A stretch of DNA of 63,847 bases, counting the filler, from Dirinaria sp. TL-2023a (Eukaryota): NCBI GenBank assembly GCA_051941275.1. It is 29 parts of 29 records of this genome, joined end to end, with 100 filler letters (N's around TTAATTAATTAA, not from the genome) between each part and the next. Parts side by side here need not be neighbours in the genome. Positions count along the whole stretch, not along the records: positions 11,213 to 13,334 come from JAVEBF010002382.1; positions 13,435 to 15,552 come from JAVEBF010002383.1; positions 15,653 to 17,764 come from JAVEBF010002384.1; positions 17,865 to 19,976 come from JAVEBF010002385.1; positions 20,077 to 22,188 come from JAVEBF010002386.1; positions 22,289 to 24,396 come from JAVEBF010002387.1; 23 more parts are not named here. One strand, 5' to 3'. A program made the translations under genes and the position numbers. The notes under the pieces are model-generated. The model ran no database searches and was not told the DNA's origin. It saw nothing but the letters and a program-made list of their open reading frames with translations. Each line of letters begins with the position of its first letter. The first letter of the stretch is position 1. Of this stretch, positions 11,695 to 23,681 are shown in pieces.

Positions 11695-12195
11695 GCGGAA
11701 CAGCGGAATCGCTTGGAACCGACTTGTGATAGTCTTAGGTCAAGAACAAGGGGAAGAGGTTGGCCGGTCCGGTTGGCAGATGTGTGGAAGAGCGGTAACT
11801 TTTGGACCAAACTACGTTGAGCTTGGTCAGGTACAAATGAGCGATGAGATGTGCGGCCGCGGAAGTATGCAAGAGCAGTTGAACTTTGAACCAAGTCACG
11901 GCGAACTTGGACGAGCACAAACCAACGAGAAGAGGCTGACTGAACAAGGCGAAAGATGATGGAAGAGCGATTTAACTTTGGACCAAGTTACGACGACCTT
12001 GGATAAGTACACACGAACAGTAAGGGGGTGGTCCGCTGCGGGGAAAGATGTGCGCAAGAGCAGCAGAAGTTTGGCACAACTTGCGATAAACTTCGGCAAT
12101 ACAATGGAACAGTGAGAGAGGTCTGCCGCGGCGAATGTTCTGAGGGTGAGCTGTAGATTGTTGGAGGAAGTTAAGATAGACTTGGATCAAGCTGG
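11695..12195. repeat. Degenerate tandem array, about 6 units of about 90 bp, in the divergent intergenic region
   Basis: Recurring core aagagc....aactttggaccaagt.acg.cga.cttgg...agtaca at about 11698, 11787, 11871, 11963, 12056 and 12148. Confidence 0.75.
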
Positions 12196-12323
12196 GCTTA
12201 GGTAAACTCTTGGCATCACACACGCTGGAAGTACGAAACCGAGCTGCCACCCTTGATCTCTAAATTCTGTCCGTGAAAGCTGTTGTGTATTGTCAAATTA
12301 GAGTATAGAATTCTTTGATTATC

Positions 12324-13334
12324 ATGGCAGACAATAAGCGTAAGGCAGAAGGCCCGCTAGATGAAAGGGGACGAAGGAGCAGACCCCGAGCGTATACAGA
12401 ACCAAAAAACACGATTGATACCCTCGAGCCGTGGCCTCTTTCCATGAAAGTTGAAGAGCTGACAGCGGACCTACTACCGGTAGCCTTTCAAAACCTCGGC
12501 CGCGGCCGACAGTTGATAGACCTGTGGACCGTCCTTACTTCATCCTATACTGGCACGGACATCGCTTTGTTTGGCGCGTGGACCAGAATCAAGAGAATAA
12601 CAGCAGAGACGATTATGCAGTGGAAGCATGGCCCCGAAGTCTCATCCCTGTCAGATCGTCGACCGACCGGCGCACAGGGTTCAACAAGAATCATGAAAAC
12701 GTTGCGAATGCTAGAAGTAGAGACGCAGCGAGACGAGATGACAAGTTTGAGAGCAGCGGCGATTCAGATGGAACTGGATTACATGATGCTTCTTTACGGA
12801 ACCAACCACCATGTGGTTGATGAGATGGTCCCAGATAACAAGGAGAGGACTGCGCATCTGATACGGGCCTTATCAGATGGGTCATTCATCAACGAGCCCA
12901 CTCACGAGCCCACTCACGAGCCCATCAACAAATCTCCCAATGTAGAGGCTGTCGCAGGAAGCAATACAAGTAACAGTCTAGAGGATTCAATCATGTCCTT
13001 CAAGCAAGAAGTAGACCAAGCGGAGGTACCTTCGTTTGTCGGGTACGCAGATATAATAGACATGTTGGACGACCTTGTAGAGATTCCACAGATCTTCAAG
13101 CATCTCATCGAGCCACGGTCGTCAGTTGGTTTCCAAGGAATCCTTTTGTTTGGGCCGCCCGGGACAGGGAAGACTCTGTTAGCGCAGATGCTTACGGCCA
13201 AGAAGGGCCTCACCTTTTTCAAGGTACCGGCCGACCAGCTGATATCGAAGTGGGTCGAGGAGACAGAGAAGTACGAGTCTCGTCGCCAAACTTGCGGATA
13301 TCTCTGATCATTTCTAGAATGCTACAAGCACTGT
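12324..13334 (+). CDS. AAA+ ATPase of the Vps4/katanin/spastin clade with unrecognised N-terminal region; 3'-truncated
   Basis: GILLFGPPGTGKT (Walker A) and TFFKVPADQLISKWVEETEK. Intron 13271-13317 (gtacga..ctag) continues in frame as MLQAL. No MIT domain seen. Confidence 0.88.
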
Positions 13335-13434
13335 NNNNNNNNNNNNNNNNNNNNNNNNNNNNNNNNNNNNNNNNNNNNTTAATTAATTAANNNNNNNNNN
13401 NNNNNNNNNNNNNNNNNNNNNNNNNNNNNNNNNN

Positions 13435-15552
13435 ATAGACACTACATGCGTCTGATGAATGTTGAAGAATCATCAATATCAAACTTCGTCTTTGCCGCAG
13501 ATACTTCTATTGACAATAACGCAGGGGACAACGAAAACAACAAACCTACATTTCGAGGTGAAAAACAACCTCTCATCTGCATTTGCGGGCATAAACATTG
13601 ATACTTCGAATGTCACTACCTCAATGATGAGAAACGCTCTGTCAATTGAAAATCTAATGAGAGAACTCAGAAGAAGGTTGATGATGCCATGAAGAATGAG
13701 AAGAAAAGAAAGCAGATTGAAAACAACATAGCAAGATCTAAAGAAATACAGACAAAGAAAGTCAAAACCTCTACATCTACCTCTGAGTCTGTCTCAACAT
13801 CTGCTTCAACATCAACCGAAAAAGCAGAAACATTTGCATTCTTTGCATTTGCAACCGAAATCGACGCGCCTCATATTTTGCAGTCCTCATGAATACTAGA
13901 TCACGCGATCAATTTGCACGTTGCAAACAAAGATATGAAGCATCGCTTCATTAAAGAAAAAGACGAGAACGAAACAACGATGTTATCAGACAACGAAAGT
14001 CTTGCAATAAAAGTCTATGACCACATCGATATTAACGTCAAAACATCTACAGAAGACAATATGATAACGTTGCTCAATGTTGTCTATGTACCTGACTTTA
14101 TGATCAACATAGTATCGAGAGATATTCTGAAAGAAAAAGGCGTATATCTTAACACTCGAACTCGACATTTTATGAGAAATGAAGTCCTCATAATAACCGT
14201 TTCTAAGATCGATGACTACTATGTACTGAAACATAATGCACTACATAAAGAGATGGCAGCAACTGCTCTTGCAACTGACTTAACATCAAGCACACGAACT
14301 CGCACTTTAAATGACTGACATCGACTTCTTGCACATGCACACGATGAAGCGATAATGCATTTAGCAACAGCAGTTGAAGAAGTGAAAATTGACGATAAGA
14401 AGTTAGTATCTAAAATAAACAAATGCGAAGAATGTGCACTTTCAAAGACACATAAAATTATATTCAGATCATCAGAAAAATCAGAAACGTCGAACAAACC
14501 TTTTTTTCGCATTATCTATGACCTCATTGACATGACGATTGCTCTGAATAAGGATCAATAAATCTCACACATTGCATGCTCTATGATCGAATTTCATATG
14601 ATATATACTCATCCGCATAAGAGGCAGGCAATCGAAACACTCATCAACGTCATACAAACGATTGAAATTAAATATGAGGTCAAGATAATGTTTGTACGAA
14701 TCGATGACGAGCGTTCACTAGACAACGATTGAGATATCTACAGAGCAAGCAAAGACATTACTATGAAATCTTCCGCATCAGATACATCTGCTCAAAACGA
14801 TTATAGCGAACGCATCGAAGGTATACTTATTTTTAAGTCAAGAATTATGAGAGCTCAAGCAGAATTATCGATTTACTTATGATCATGAATTAATCAAACT
14901 GCCGAGTACCTTATGAATCGCACTTCATCTAAAAAGCATGTCTGAAAAACGTCTTTTGAAATGACAACAAACAAGAAGCCAAACATAGCATATTTAGTGC
15001 AGTTTGAAGCAAAGGTATACTCAATTGAAAAGGCAATACTCAGACGCGAAAAAATAAGAGTCAGAGCACATATCGACTTTCTTGTAGAATACGATAGCAC
15101 AAACATCTATCTCATTTGAATTTCTAGTCAGAAGAAAATTATAAGAACTCGCGACGTGATCTTCGACGAGGATTTCAGCTATAAGTCACACGAAATAGAT
15201 GCAGCACAGCTGATCTCTGAGTCTTTCTTACGAAATGATACACTCGATATTTCACGAAACAACTTCATCAGAGTCACGGAAATTGATTTCGATAGTGACG
15301 AAGACTTATTTGAAGCGCTTACAGACACTATACGCGATGATCAGATATATGAGAAAGCAACAAATACAACAAAGAAAGATACATCAGAATATCTGCTCTC
15401 ATCTGCTTCAACAACTTCAGAAAGCAACACGTTATTTACGTTATCAAGTTCTTTCTCTACTAGTTCGAAATTATCTCAAGCAACAGATGCAGGTTCTACT
15501 CAAGCAACAGATGCAGATTCTACTCAGACAACGAATGCAGACTTTACATCGA
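13435..15552 (+). mobile_element. Ty1/Copia gag-protease-integrase relic, hypermutated
   Basis: CICGHKH*YFEC knuckle; *ILDHAINLH protease; D*HRLLAH...CEECALSK (HHCC); FFRIIYDL, RIDDERSL, QNDYSER integrase core directly after the protease (Copia order); Trp codons read TGA. Confidence 0.92.
15473..15548 (+). repeat. 24-bp tandem repeat x3 inside the Copia relic
   Basis: ctcaagcaacagatgcag(g/a)ttcta units (QATDAGST / QATDADST / QTTNADFT). Confidence 0.8.
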
Positions 15553-15823
15553 NNNNNNNNNNNNNNNNNNNNNNNNNNNNNNNNNNNNNNNNNNNNTTAA
15601 TTAATTAANNNNNNNNNNNNNNNNNNNNNNNNNNNNNNNNNNNNNNNNNNNNGCATTGGAGGCTCCTATTTCTCCCCCCCACCTCCCTTTTTTTTGAAAG
15701 ACGATTGGGATTAAAGCGTGGCATATAATACCGGAACGAAATGGAGGGACCGGGGCGCATGGTATATCCCACTGGCTACCTAGGTATACAAACCCCTTGG
15801 TGCTGCCGTGTTTATGATTTGGG

Positions 15824-15847
15824 TAGCATAGCATAGCATAGCATAGC
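15824..15847. repeat. (AGCAT)n microsatellite
   Basis: agcatagcatagcatagcatagc. Confidence 0.8.
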
Positions 15848-16133
15848 GTGCAGGCCGACAGTTGCAAAGTTGTTTTTTTTTTTATTGATTGCAAGCATGC
15901 TTGGATACAAGCAAGTAACTTGAGCATTACTTACTTCTTAATATTGGGGCTCCATACATGTAAGGTAATCTTATGTCCTTTCCGCAGCTGCTCCATGCTA
16001 TGTATGATGATTTCGGTGAGAGGATTGCAAAATTCTTACCTTACATCCATCCATCCATCTTCAGCGCCTTTTTTTTTTAACACTCGAACTGGTTGGTACA
16101 GTAGGTATTCAAAGTGGTTGGCTGCCCGCTGGG

Positions 16134-17764
16134 CTAGGACGCGAGACTCAAACCTCCAGCATCGGCCGTGATACTCCCCACCAGGCCACCACCATCCTCC
16201 AGCTGCGCCTCCTTCTTCTTCCTGCGAAGCCGTTCTTTCACCTCCTGCACCAACCTGCCTTGCTCAACCAGAACACCATCCTTCTCCGCATGCCCCTCAG
16301 GCAGCCCCAACTCCTTGACCCTCACTTTCCCCGCCGCCAACTCGTCCTCGCCCAGGATGACGGCGAAAGGAACCCCGCCCGCCTCAGCGGCCTTGAACTG
16401 CTGCGGCAGTTTGGGTTTGGCCTTGTACGCGAACTCGGCCTTGACGCCGGCGTCCCACAGCGTGCGGGCGACGGCCATCCGCTCCTCCAGCAGGCCCGTG
16501 AACCCTTTCCCGCCGCCGAAGGCCATGACGAAGACGTCGGTTTCGGTGGTGCGCACGGTTTCGAGGGATTGCGATTGTGAGGATGCCATCAGGCGTGCTT
16601 TTGTGACGGAGAAGATCCGGTCCACTCCGAAGGAGATGCCCACGCATGGGATCTGCGTGCTGCGCCCGCTGAACATGCCGACTAGATTGTCGTAGCGGCC
16701 TCCTGCGGCGATGGAGCCGACGCCGATGGTTGGGTCCGAGGATCGGTCTTCGTCGTTCGGGTTGTGCGATTGCGGCGGTTTGCGCGATGAGCTTTCTTTT
16801 TTGGCGGTTTGTTGGATCGATTGGCTTGTACTTTTTGATGATGATGATGATGATGATAAGGGAGCTGAGCCGTCGGTCACGACTTCGTAGATCAAGCCGG
16901 TGTAGTAATCGAGTCCGCGGGCGAGGGCGAGGTTGAATTCGATCGAGGGCAGGATGTCGAAGGCGGACAGGTATCGGAACAACAGCGACATGTCTTCCAG
17001 CCCCTTTTGCATGGTCGGGTTCTGGTTGCCTCCTTCTTGGAGCGACGGGTCGTTTTGCAGAGATTCGAGGATCTCGGCAGCGCCCCCCTTCCGTTGCACG
17101 TATCCCCATATTCGATCCGCGATCTCGGGTGGAAGGCCTTTTTCTTCGATCATCTCCCGCCGAACTTCGTCCCAGGGGGACTTGTCGAGTTTGTCAACGG
17201 CGCTGCTGATCGCCCGCGTCTTTTCCGCCGGCACCCCGCACACGGCGAACATCCCGTCCAATATGCCCCTGTGATTGACTTTGATGCTGAATTTCCCGCC
17301 CCAGCCCAGGTCTTTGAAGATTTCGCAAACTATCCGCAGGATCTCCGCGTCCGGGAGCATGGGGTCGTAAGTGCCCGCGATGTCGAAGTCGCATTGGTAG
17401 AATTCCCGCATCCGGCCTTTCGACACCGCCGGCTGATCTCGCCGGTAGACTTTGGCGATGTGATACCGTTTGATGTTCTGTACTTGAGGGTTCTGGGCCA
17501 GCCAGCGCGCGAAGGGTACGGTGAGGTCGTAGCGCAGAGAGCAGATTTCTCCTCCTTGGTCGGCGAGGTCGTAGATGAGTTTGCTGTCTTCGCCATATTT
17601 GCCCGCCAGGATCTCGCGGAGCTCGAAGACTGGTCTGAAAACGGTGTCAGGCTAGAAGTCTACTACGGTTTCAAGGTTCCCCCCTTTCGTGAAGCGACGA
17701 ACGTATCTATCGTGACTGCGCCGTGACGCTTGAAGACGTTGGTTATGGTTGAGAATATCCGGTC
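16134..17764 (-). CDS. HTS1: Histidyl-tRNA synthetase, 5'-truncated; exons 17764-17703 and 17634-16134
   Basis: [65 protein letters not shown] and a C-terminal anticodon-binding domain. Intron 17635-17702. Confidence 0.97.
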
Positions 17765-18499
17765 NNNNNNNNNNNNNNNNNNNNNNNNNNNNNNNNNNNN
17801 NNNNNNNNTTAATTAATTAANNNNNNNNNNNNNNNNNNNNNNNNNNNNNNNNNNNNNNNNNNNNTTTGCGACTACATTCGATGCATATAGAATTAGTACA
17901 ATTCTAAAGTTTTAACCTGAACTCTCATCCTCTAATCGATCTAAATTTACAAGCTCGTTATAAACTTTACGTAGCATTGCTCTACTGACCGCATATCTAG
18001 GAAACGTCCTATCCGAAAGCGCTCTAAAAACCCAATTTTCAAGCTCTGCTAGGAGCTATATAGATGCCTGACATACAAGAAATGAATACTATCCTGACGG
18101 GTCGACCGTTGATATGAAGTCTTAAGTAATAATGCCAGAGGTAGAGATCGGGACCGAAAGCGAAGGCGACTCACATATTGACTGAGGAACGTAATCAAAA
18201 AAGGAGTGAGTCGAAATCCGAGAGAACTAGACTGAGAACCAGGAACCAGAAGGCATGCATTTAAGTGAAAGCGCTGCCAACTGAGACCAAAATCCTTATC
18301 TACGAAGAAGAAATCAAAATTCGTAAAGCAACGCATCTCACGACATCCTTTCATCATGATGTGCATCATTATATTTCCGAAATTCTTCATAAAGCTGCCT
18401 CAGAAGTTTTATGAAGATTTCGTTCCACAGCCTTCTTATCAAGTAGTAAGAGAAATTCCGCGAGTAAAGTTTTATACTATCCTCTAAGAACACGCTCCC

Positions 18500-19750
18500 T
18501 TCTTTCTGAAATGGACTCCGAATGATACGAAATGCATGACGATTGTAACAAGTCCTCCGTATCCGAAGAGGTATGTCGAAAGCTGATCACGATTTGAGAA
18601 TGAAAGACATGATGAATGTCTGGTGCGATTTACAAGCAAAAGACTTTGTATGACGCATCTATCTCGGATTTCTGAGCAAGACTGAATGAGAGCAATCGTT
18701 GTGGAATATCAATTGAAATTAGATGAAATCAAGTAACTTGCATAGTGCGCTGACTGTATCACAATTCATCATCGATTCAATTAGGAGCTGATACGCTCAA
18801 CGCTTTGAGTCTACATTCCTGATGCATCTGACGAATTCTTACGGCAAGAACAATTACTATACTTTTAACTGCACTATCTTTATACAGCAGCTTCGTAGAT
18901 AGCTTATGATCGCAACCTCTCGCTGACAGAAGACGATTGTAGAGAGAGTTAGATATTTCAAATTATACTGCGAAAAAGCATGCTATATTAAATGCTTCAC
19001 TCAGTCTTACTTCTCTCGATGACAGAAGTCGCATATTCCGACGCAGACACTGCTTTCAACAGTCATCGCTGAGTTTATCGTACTGCATTTTGACTGAGAT
19101 TGTGAGTGTTTTAATCTCTCATTGAGAATTGATGTGTTGTGTCAATGTCTTTAAGATTGCTCTCATCGCTTGAAAGAATGAATGCAGTTCAGTCAGATGC
19201 TGATGAATGTCGCTAATCTGTCTTTCTCACAAAATCACTCTCGTTGTCTTTATGAAATCATTTGAGTCAACGCATCTGATATTGTCTTTCAGCCTGTTTC
19301 CATATAAGTACTTTGCTCTCAAAAAAGGTGCAATGATCATATCTTACAATGCTCTGATTTCATTCAGTTTGTTCAACACTTGACTAAGACTAGAATTCAT
19401 ATTGATTTCTTTATTCGTCGGTTTCTCGAAAGACTGATTGATCGAATTCAGAAATGCTCAGTTCACTTGAGTATTGAATGAATCGTCTTCTGCTTGATCG
19501 ATCGCTGAGTATAAGTCTTGATCGTGCGCATCGTTTGCGAACAGTCTATTCTGATCGAAAATGATATTCTGATAGTCTGAAAAGTATGAGTCTGATTGAT
19601 TTTCAAATTTCTTGATTAGTTGATCTCACTGTTCTTTCGAAAAAGATTCTTGCTTGATAAACGTCATTCCAAGAATTGAAAGTGCAATGATTATTTCAAT
19701 TTCTTTGAAGAGGCTGACTCTCTTTATCGGCGTTTCTGAACAGCAATATT
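18500..19750 (-). pseudogene. Hypermutated coding relic of an unassigned repeat family
   Basis: Long minus-strand frame broken mostly by TGA, with very few Gly/Pro codons and GG/CC depletion as in the TE relics. No RT, IN or transposase motif recognised. Confidence 0.45.
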
Positions 19751-21177
19751 TGAATGATGAGAGATAATGAAAAGAAGGCTGCAGCTGAGTCTGAGATGAC
19801 TGACTGTGCGTATCTAATCCGATAAATTAGCTAGCGCGCATCGATCCTTCTCTTTGTCACATTAATAATTATCTGCATTAACGCTACACATGAAATTCTT
19901 TCACAAAGACTTTTTCTCCCACATGACCTGCAATCATAGATCTTCGTAATTACTACTCGCCGTAGATGTCTGTGCCNNNNNNNNNNNNNNNNNNNNNNNN
20001 NNNNNNNNNNNNNNNNNNNNTTAATTAATTAANNNNNNNNNNNNNNNNNNNNNNNNNNNNNNNNNNNNNNNNNNNNGGAGGAGAGGGTGCTGTTTGCGTG
20101 AGGTGGCACTCACACCATCCTTTTTACAACTCCTGCCGCATTGCTCGATACCTTCATCTCTCTGGATTACTTGATCCGGTCAAAAGGTTCTGTTTCGTTG
20201 CACAACCTTACCTCGAAATGCAATTCTCTAGCCGCCAACCTCGATCACACACCCCACCTCGAAACAACCTTACAACTAAATCATGAAACCGGAAAAGCGT
20301 GTATCGCACGAATCCACACAAACGACCAATACCCACATTCCACAATCTCAATGACGCTCTCTGACCAGCAAACACCCCCAAACGTGGAAAGAGGAGCCGG
20401 AAAAGTCAGCTTCGAACTCAAAACTTGAATCTCATCAAATCTCTCCCATAGCATACAAATGCAGATTTTCCTGGCTTCATAGATGTGTTCAAAGAATCCG
20501 AGACTCCCTGCACGAGGAACACGGCTGCACCAAATATTCACCATTGATTTTCGGATTTCATGCAATTCAATAGAATAACTGACGAAGCTGAGCGCTTCTG
20601 GTCGACCTGCAGAAGTAGAAGAAGAAGCCAGTTTAAAGCAATGATCTTTCAACCCTTCAAGAAGCAATACACTTTTTTCTCTCGCCTTCGTTTAGTCCCT
20701 AATCAGAACCGCACGTGATTCTCAAGGAAGCCTGAATCGACCATGCAACTTTCGGCGATGTACTTCTATCATGACGTAGATGGCTTGGTTATTCCCCTCA
20801 TGGTGACCTCCGCCTTGCGATCATATCTCTCCTTCTTATCTCTTCCTCAAAGCGGTGATCTATAATTACATAAGTAGAGCAACGTTCAGCTGTATATGCC
20901 CAGCTATCCAATGTATATTTATCGTCCAATACATCTTCGGTGGTAAAATTTCATTGCTAATTCGACCAAAATACATTTCGTAGGTTGATATCTGTTCAGC
21001 CTTCCCGATCATTTCGAACCCTTTCAAAATCTAGCGCTTTTATACAGAAAATTCTGGCTATTCCTGCGTAGACCTCCATTGAAAGACGAAAAGCTGCTGG
21101 CATAGAAGGAGCACAACTTATCATACTCATAAAAGCCACGTTTCTTGTCAAGAGAAGTTGCCAACAGATCGACAGCA

Positions 21178-21822
21178 ATGTGGTGCCAAAACTGTGGAAA
21201 ATTGCGGGCACATTACCATTCAATGGGATCTGACAAAGCCAAGTACTGTGAGAGATGCCGTTCAAGATCAACCACAATGTGGACATACTGCAGATTCTGT
21301 GGAGAAAATCGGTACGACAGAAACGACGATTGCGACGTTCACTATGGCAATCCTGATAGCCGCGGTAAGTAGCTTGCAGCGCCCCCTTACATCATAAGCA
21401 TAAATTCCTTTAACCCGAGGCTCTCAATAGCATCGAGCAATAGCGACTACAGCGATTCCCTGCCAGACAGTCATCCCGCTTATGACGACGACGATAATGA
21501 GGATGAGATTTACGGCACTGACGCCAGCAGTTCACGGAGCTTGAGTCCTCCTCACGCCGCTTATGCGCGGACAAAATGTGGCTTTTGTGATTTGTGGTTC
21601 GATACAGAAAGCGACTACGACGATCACAAGGACGAGAACTTATCCGAATGCTTGAAACACAAAGTCTGCTTTCCCAGTAGCGAAAATTATGAGCATGCCA
21701 AGAACTCTCATCACCGACGTTGTTTTCTTGTCGGCTGTGACTCCGTTTACGCAGAGAATAGTGATAATAGCGATGATGAGATTATGGATCACGTTTGGAA
21801 TTCACACACACGTCGTGGATGA
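21178..21822 (+). CDS. Small Cys/His-rich zinc-binding protein (about 192 aa, 2 exons)
   Basis: Exon 1 has three CxxC pairs (CQNC, CERC, CRFC). Intron 21365-21430 (gtaagt..caatag) joins in frame to an acidic linker and C2H2-like units (CGFC..F......DH; CFLVGC...HVWNSH). Confidence 0.75.
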
Positions 21823-23681
21823 CCAGATCATAAGATTATACAACATCTATATCGACTGAGACTGTGGTCAAAAACACTGCCAGACTAGCCTCTAGGCATA
21901 TATATTGGATTCAATTGGATGTCATTCAAAAAATTGTAAATTACTTGAAATTTAGTGAAGACTTAAGAGCTCTTGAAGAGTCAGAATTCTCTTCCCAACG
22001 ATAAATTGTACACTTAAGACAGTTAGGGCTACGACGTATCAAAATTACTTCTTACTAGCCATTGCGTCGGTCGTCAAATTCTATGGCTCTCGAGGAGCCA
22101 AAATCTCTCATGTTTTGCTGCGCTACGCCTCTGTGCTTCCTCAATGAATTTTTCATGCTCTTTTTGTACTGTCTCGATATGTATATATNNNNNNNNNNNN
22201 NNNNNNNNNNNNNNNNNNNNNNNNNNNNNNNNTTAATTAATTAANNNNNNNNNNNNNNNNNNNNNNNNNNNNNNNNNNNNNNNNNNNNATGAGCTGGTGC
22301 GGCGTAGTTTGAAATTGACTGAGGCCCGGTGCTGTCGAATGAACAATCTATTTCAGTAAAAGCAATTGGGGCCTGTGATTGTTCCCCTAGGCATGATCGA
22401 GATGTACATGGTTCCCGGACCTTGAACTCTGCAGCCGTTCGAGGACTTACATCCAATCGACCCCATGCTCTGTCCGCATCAACGCGCCATTAAAGAGCCC
22501 AAATGGAACTAAGACACGATGCTGTTACACAAGAGCGGGGCTAGAACTGCGGGGACCTGTTTTAGTTGAACATGCAAAAAGCCCGAGCACCATAAGCCAT
22601 ACACAGGCTAAGCATCGAAGTGGGATGAACAGCCCATGCATAGCAGAGGCTAGCGGAGTGAACGCTTGCTGGAATATGGCCAGACCAAGAGGTCGGACGA
22701 GGGTGAAGCACACAGTGAGAGGGGGCCGAAGAGTTTGAAACGAGTAGTAAGCTCACTGAAGGATAGGAAAAAGTTCAGAGACAGATATTGTGCCAGGTTC
22801 TTCAATATGAAAGAATTCCATCTACATGAATCGAGTATCTATCAAGAGAACTTGCCGCTTATTCGCTGATCGTGAGGGGTCTTGCATTTGAGGCGTCACA
22901 GATACGGGAACAAGACAAAGCCATCTGTGGGAAGGCTCGCCGAATAGAATCGGTCAATCTTGACCAAGTAGCTCGCATGGATATCTTTCTTTGAGAGAGT
23001 TCAGCTCTACAAGCTTTAATGAGGACGCAGATCGAAGGAATATGAAATGAAAGCGTCCTAAAACGTGAAAGAAGGAAAGAGAGCGGCCAATGACCCATTG
23101 ATCGACAAGAATTATCAGTCGCAGATCAGTGTCGTATTAGCGGCGGTTGAGACAAGCGCTTTCTCGAAACCAATGCACTCATTTACCTTAGACAGGATCT
23201 CTGACCAATTCGCGCTGTCTATTGAAAGGTACCTCAATGTATATCGGGTAGCTTTCTGGAAAGTGGAGGATCATGTCGCGTCCGAAAACTGCAGTATCAT
23301 ACGCATCGTCTAAACCTGCCATTTTCAAATTAGTTAATCCTAGGCGAGACCAGAGGCTCTTTTTCCATGTTTTCTCCGCTGAAAGTACGATCGCTAGCAC
23401 GCTACCCAAATACTAGGTAAACACACATCCTGGGCTTGTCGTGTCTCGACTGTCTTTTGAGTCTTGCTGCATGAGAGTGCATTAGCCAGCTCGTGAACCA
23501 GTCCATCGGGACACGAGAGCTCATCATGATTCGCTTCTTAGCGTTGGGCTGCTTACGACTCTTGAGATAGGCCATGGAGTCGGCAGACATGCGCATCATC
23601 GCCGGAACATATAGTCGCTGAATCCTCACAATGAGGTCTCTCATCTTTCCATTACCTCGTTTGGCTCGGCTCGGATACAAG

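Noticed and set aside
13435..15552. Alternative genetic code (TGA=Trp) in the TE-like regions
   Set aside because: TGA at Trp positions comes with Gly>Asp/Glu and Pro>Ser changes in conserved motifs, all explained by C>T hypermutation; host genes use TGG and stop at TGA.
16730..16870. Ser/Lys-rich insertion in HisRS as an intein or novelty
   Set aside because: A low-complexity loop ahead of [12 protein letters not shown] is usual in filamentous-fungal HisRS; no intein motifs.
16168..17726. Multiple long ORFs antisense or frame-shifted to HTS1 (likewise over 27003-28793 and 49721-50607)
   Set aside because: Shadow ORFs caused by GC-rich or repetitive coding sequence on the real strand.
22600..23313. 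Fragmented plus-strand coding-like stretch
   Set aside because: Broken by stops and frameshifts, and no family could be assigned.
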